Shown here piece after piece: positions 15,036-16,533 of a DNA stretch of 16,533 bases. The stretch comes from Deinococcales bacterium. Its GTDB lineage: Bacteria > Deinococcota > Deinococci > Deinococcales > JAAFIG01. Each line of letters starts with the position of its first letter. The stretch's first letter is position 1. A program made the position numbers and the translations under genes. The notes below the pieces were generated by a model, which saw nothing but the letters and a program-made list of their open reading frames with translations, was not told the DNA's origin and did not search any database. Where the stretch lies: assembly GCA_043778225.1 (NCBI GenBank), contig JAYWGM010000082.1, positions 1 to 16,533 of the forward strand. Direction: 5' to 3'.

Positions 15036-16533
15036 GGTTGTCCTTTAATCATTCGAGCATCACTTTCAAACTCGTACTCACCCGAGCCAAGCTCAAAAAC
15101 CCTCAATCCATGCTCGAGTTTGCCTTGAGAAGACTCGAATGGTTTTTGACCCTCGAGAATCTGCACGTTTGGAATCGGATAATGTAGGGTTGCGCTCGTA
15201 TTGGCTGGGATTCGCACGCGCCAATAGAAACGATGATGCTCGAATCGCCACTCGCTTTGAATCAAACCACTGATGCTGTTGTACGAGGCTCGAGCTTGTG
15301 TGAGACCGCCACCGGGTTGAGCGCCTAAGCGAATGTGTCTGAAGCCCGGTGCGAGGTTGTCAATACCCGCAACGGTTTGATACAACCACTGTCCGACACT
15401 GCCCAGCGAGTAGTGATTGAACGAGTTCATGCCCGCGTCCTGAAAGCCGTTTTCGGGTGTCCAACCGTCCCAGCGTTCCCAAATACTGGTTGCGCCCATG
15501 CGAATCGAGAAACCCCACGATGGAAAAGTATCGTTTAGCAGTAACCGGTAGGCGGTCTCGAGGTGTCCTGTCGCAGTCAGTGTGGGACAGAGATAACCAA
15601 CCCCCACAAAGCCAGTCGAGAGGTGCTGGTTTTTTGCAGCGATGTCCTCCAGAAGTCGCGCCGTGACTTGTTCACGTCTTGAAGCTGGGACAAGCTCGAA
15701 GTGAAGCGCCAGCACTTGCCCAGTTTGGGTATGATCACGAATCCAACCATCTGGCTCGAGGAAAGCAGCATTAAACGCCTCGCGGATTTTAGCAAATAAA
15801 CTTTCAAACTCGAGTGCTTCGGTTTCGCGTCCAATCACCCTTGCCATCTTTGCCATCAGACTTGCATCGTATGCCCAGTAAGCCGTTGCTAAAACATCTT
15901 TGTTTGTCTCTGCGCCAACCGATAACCAATCACCAAAGTCGTGGTTGCGCCGCTCGAGCCACAAATGATTTGGATTTGCCTCGGCGATATAGCCCATCCA
16001 AGCATTCATGCCTGCCCAATGGCGTTCAATCAGGCGCGTATCGCCGTAGACCTGATAAATTGTCCACGGAACGATAATCCCAGCATCTCCCCAAGCGGGC
16101 GCGGCATCTTTATAATCCACAACTCGAGGTGCGACATCCGAATATGCACCTGTTGGTGATTGCGCGTCTTCAACGTCTTGTAACCATTTTGTAAAGAAAG
16201 CTGCAACGTTTGCTAGAAAGCTCGAGGTTCGCACAAAAATTTGGCTATCGCCGAGCCAGCCAAGTCGTTCATCGCGCTGTGGGCAATCGGTTGGGACACT
16301 CAGAAAATTACTGCGCTGCGACCAACGAATGTTAGAAAAAAGCTGATTGACCATTTGGCTCGAGCATTCAAAAGTACCTGTGTCTGGCGTGTCCGAACCG
16401 ATCACCATTCCCGTGACTGTTTTGAGGCTAGGTTCGTAATTCAAGCCCGCTATTTCGACAAACCGAAAACCATGAAAAGTAAAGTGTGGTTCGTAAATCT
16501 CGAGATGGTCGCCACGCAGAATATAAGTATCGG
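15032..16533 (-). CDS. Alpha-L-rhamnosidase (GH78), 5' part outside the window
   Basis: PTDCPQRDERLGWLGD, PAWGDAG, FGDWL, STGFVG, GATSIWERW and MNSFNHY. The frame stays open to the window edge (DTYILRGDHLEIYEPHFTFHGFRFVE), so the TTG start at 16444 in the ORF track is not the real start. Confidence 0.92.
   Translation of the reverse strand, partial: DTYILRGDHLEIYEPHFTFHGFRFVEIAGLNYEPSLKTVTGMVIGSDTPDTGTFECSSQMVNQLFSNIRWSQRSNFLSVPTDCPQRDERLGWLGDSQIFVRTSSFLANVAAFFTKWLQDVEDAQSPTGAYSDVAPRVVDYKDAAPAWGDAGIIVPWTIYQVYGDTRLIERHWAGMNAWMGYIAEANPNHLWLERRNHDFGDWLSVGAETNKDVLATAYWAYDASLMAKMARVIGRETEALEFESLFAKIREAFNAAFLEPDGWIRDHTQTGQVLALHFELVPASRREQVTARLLEDIAAKNQHLSTGFVGVGYLCPTLTATGHLETAYRLLLNDTFPSWGFSIRMGATSIWERWDGWTPENGFQDAGMNSFNHYSLGSVGQWLYQTVAGIDNLAPGFRHIRLGAQPGGGLTQARASYNSISGLIQSEWRFEHHRFYWRVRIPANTSATLHYPIPNVQILEGQKPFESSQGKLEHGLRVFELGSGEYEFESDARMIKGQP

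Noticed and set aside
16442..16444. TTG start of the 470-aa GH78 ORF in the track
   Set aside because: The frame stays open to the window edge with conserved GH78 sequence, so the gene is cut by the window rather than short or pseudogenised.
128..16504. CTCGAG copies as a CRISPR array, tandem repeat or cloning (XhoI) artefact
   Set aside because: Spacing is irregular, the flanks are unrelated, and the sites sit in-frame within intact conserved genes.

Overview
A 16.5-kb bacterial chromosomal window, probably Deinococcota (inferred from the style of the MalE/F/G and YebC proteins; not verified). The left half (187-7725) looks like core genome: a secreted beta-barrel-like hypothetical protein, homoserine dehydrogenase, a Hyi-family isomerase, a convergent malE-malF-malG-like ABC operon, yebC and a divergent tRNA-Ala(CGC). 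The right half (8024 to >16533, minus strand) is a deoxy-sugar/sugar-acid catabolic cluster: GH78 alpha-L-rhamnosidase (cut by the window edge), a 1067-aa DUF4450-like putative glycoside hydrolase, L-fuconate dehydratase, an aldo/keto reductase and a second enolase-superfamily enzyme. Three signals are not explained by the ORF track. (1) The palindrome CTCGAG occurs about 99 times by hand count versus about 4 expected, in all reading frames and intergenically, like cyanobacterial HIP1. (2) Just 3' of the tRNA lies a hairpin-rich element fused to an unannotated 5' fragment of an IS200/IS605 TnpA transposase. (3) Modules of that element recur, rearranged and partly inverted, at positions 1-97, suggesting a modular ATAC...GGTAT repeat family linked to a Y1 transposase.
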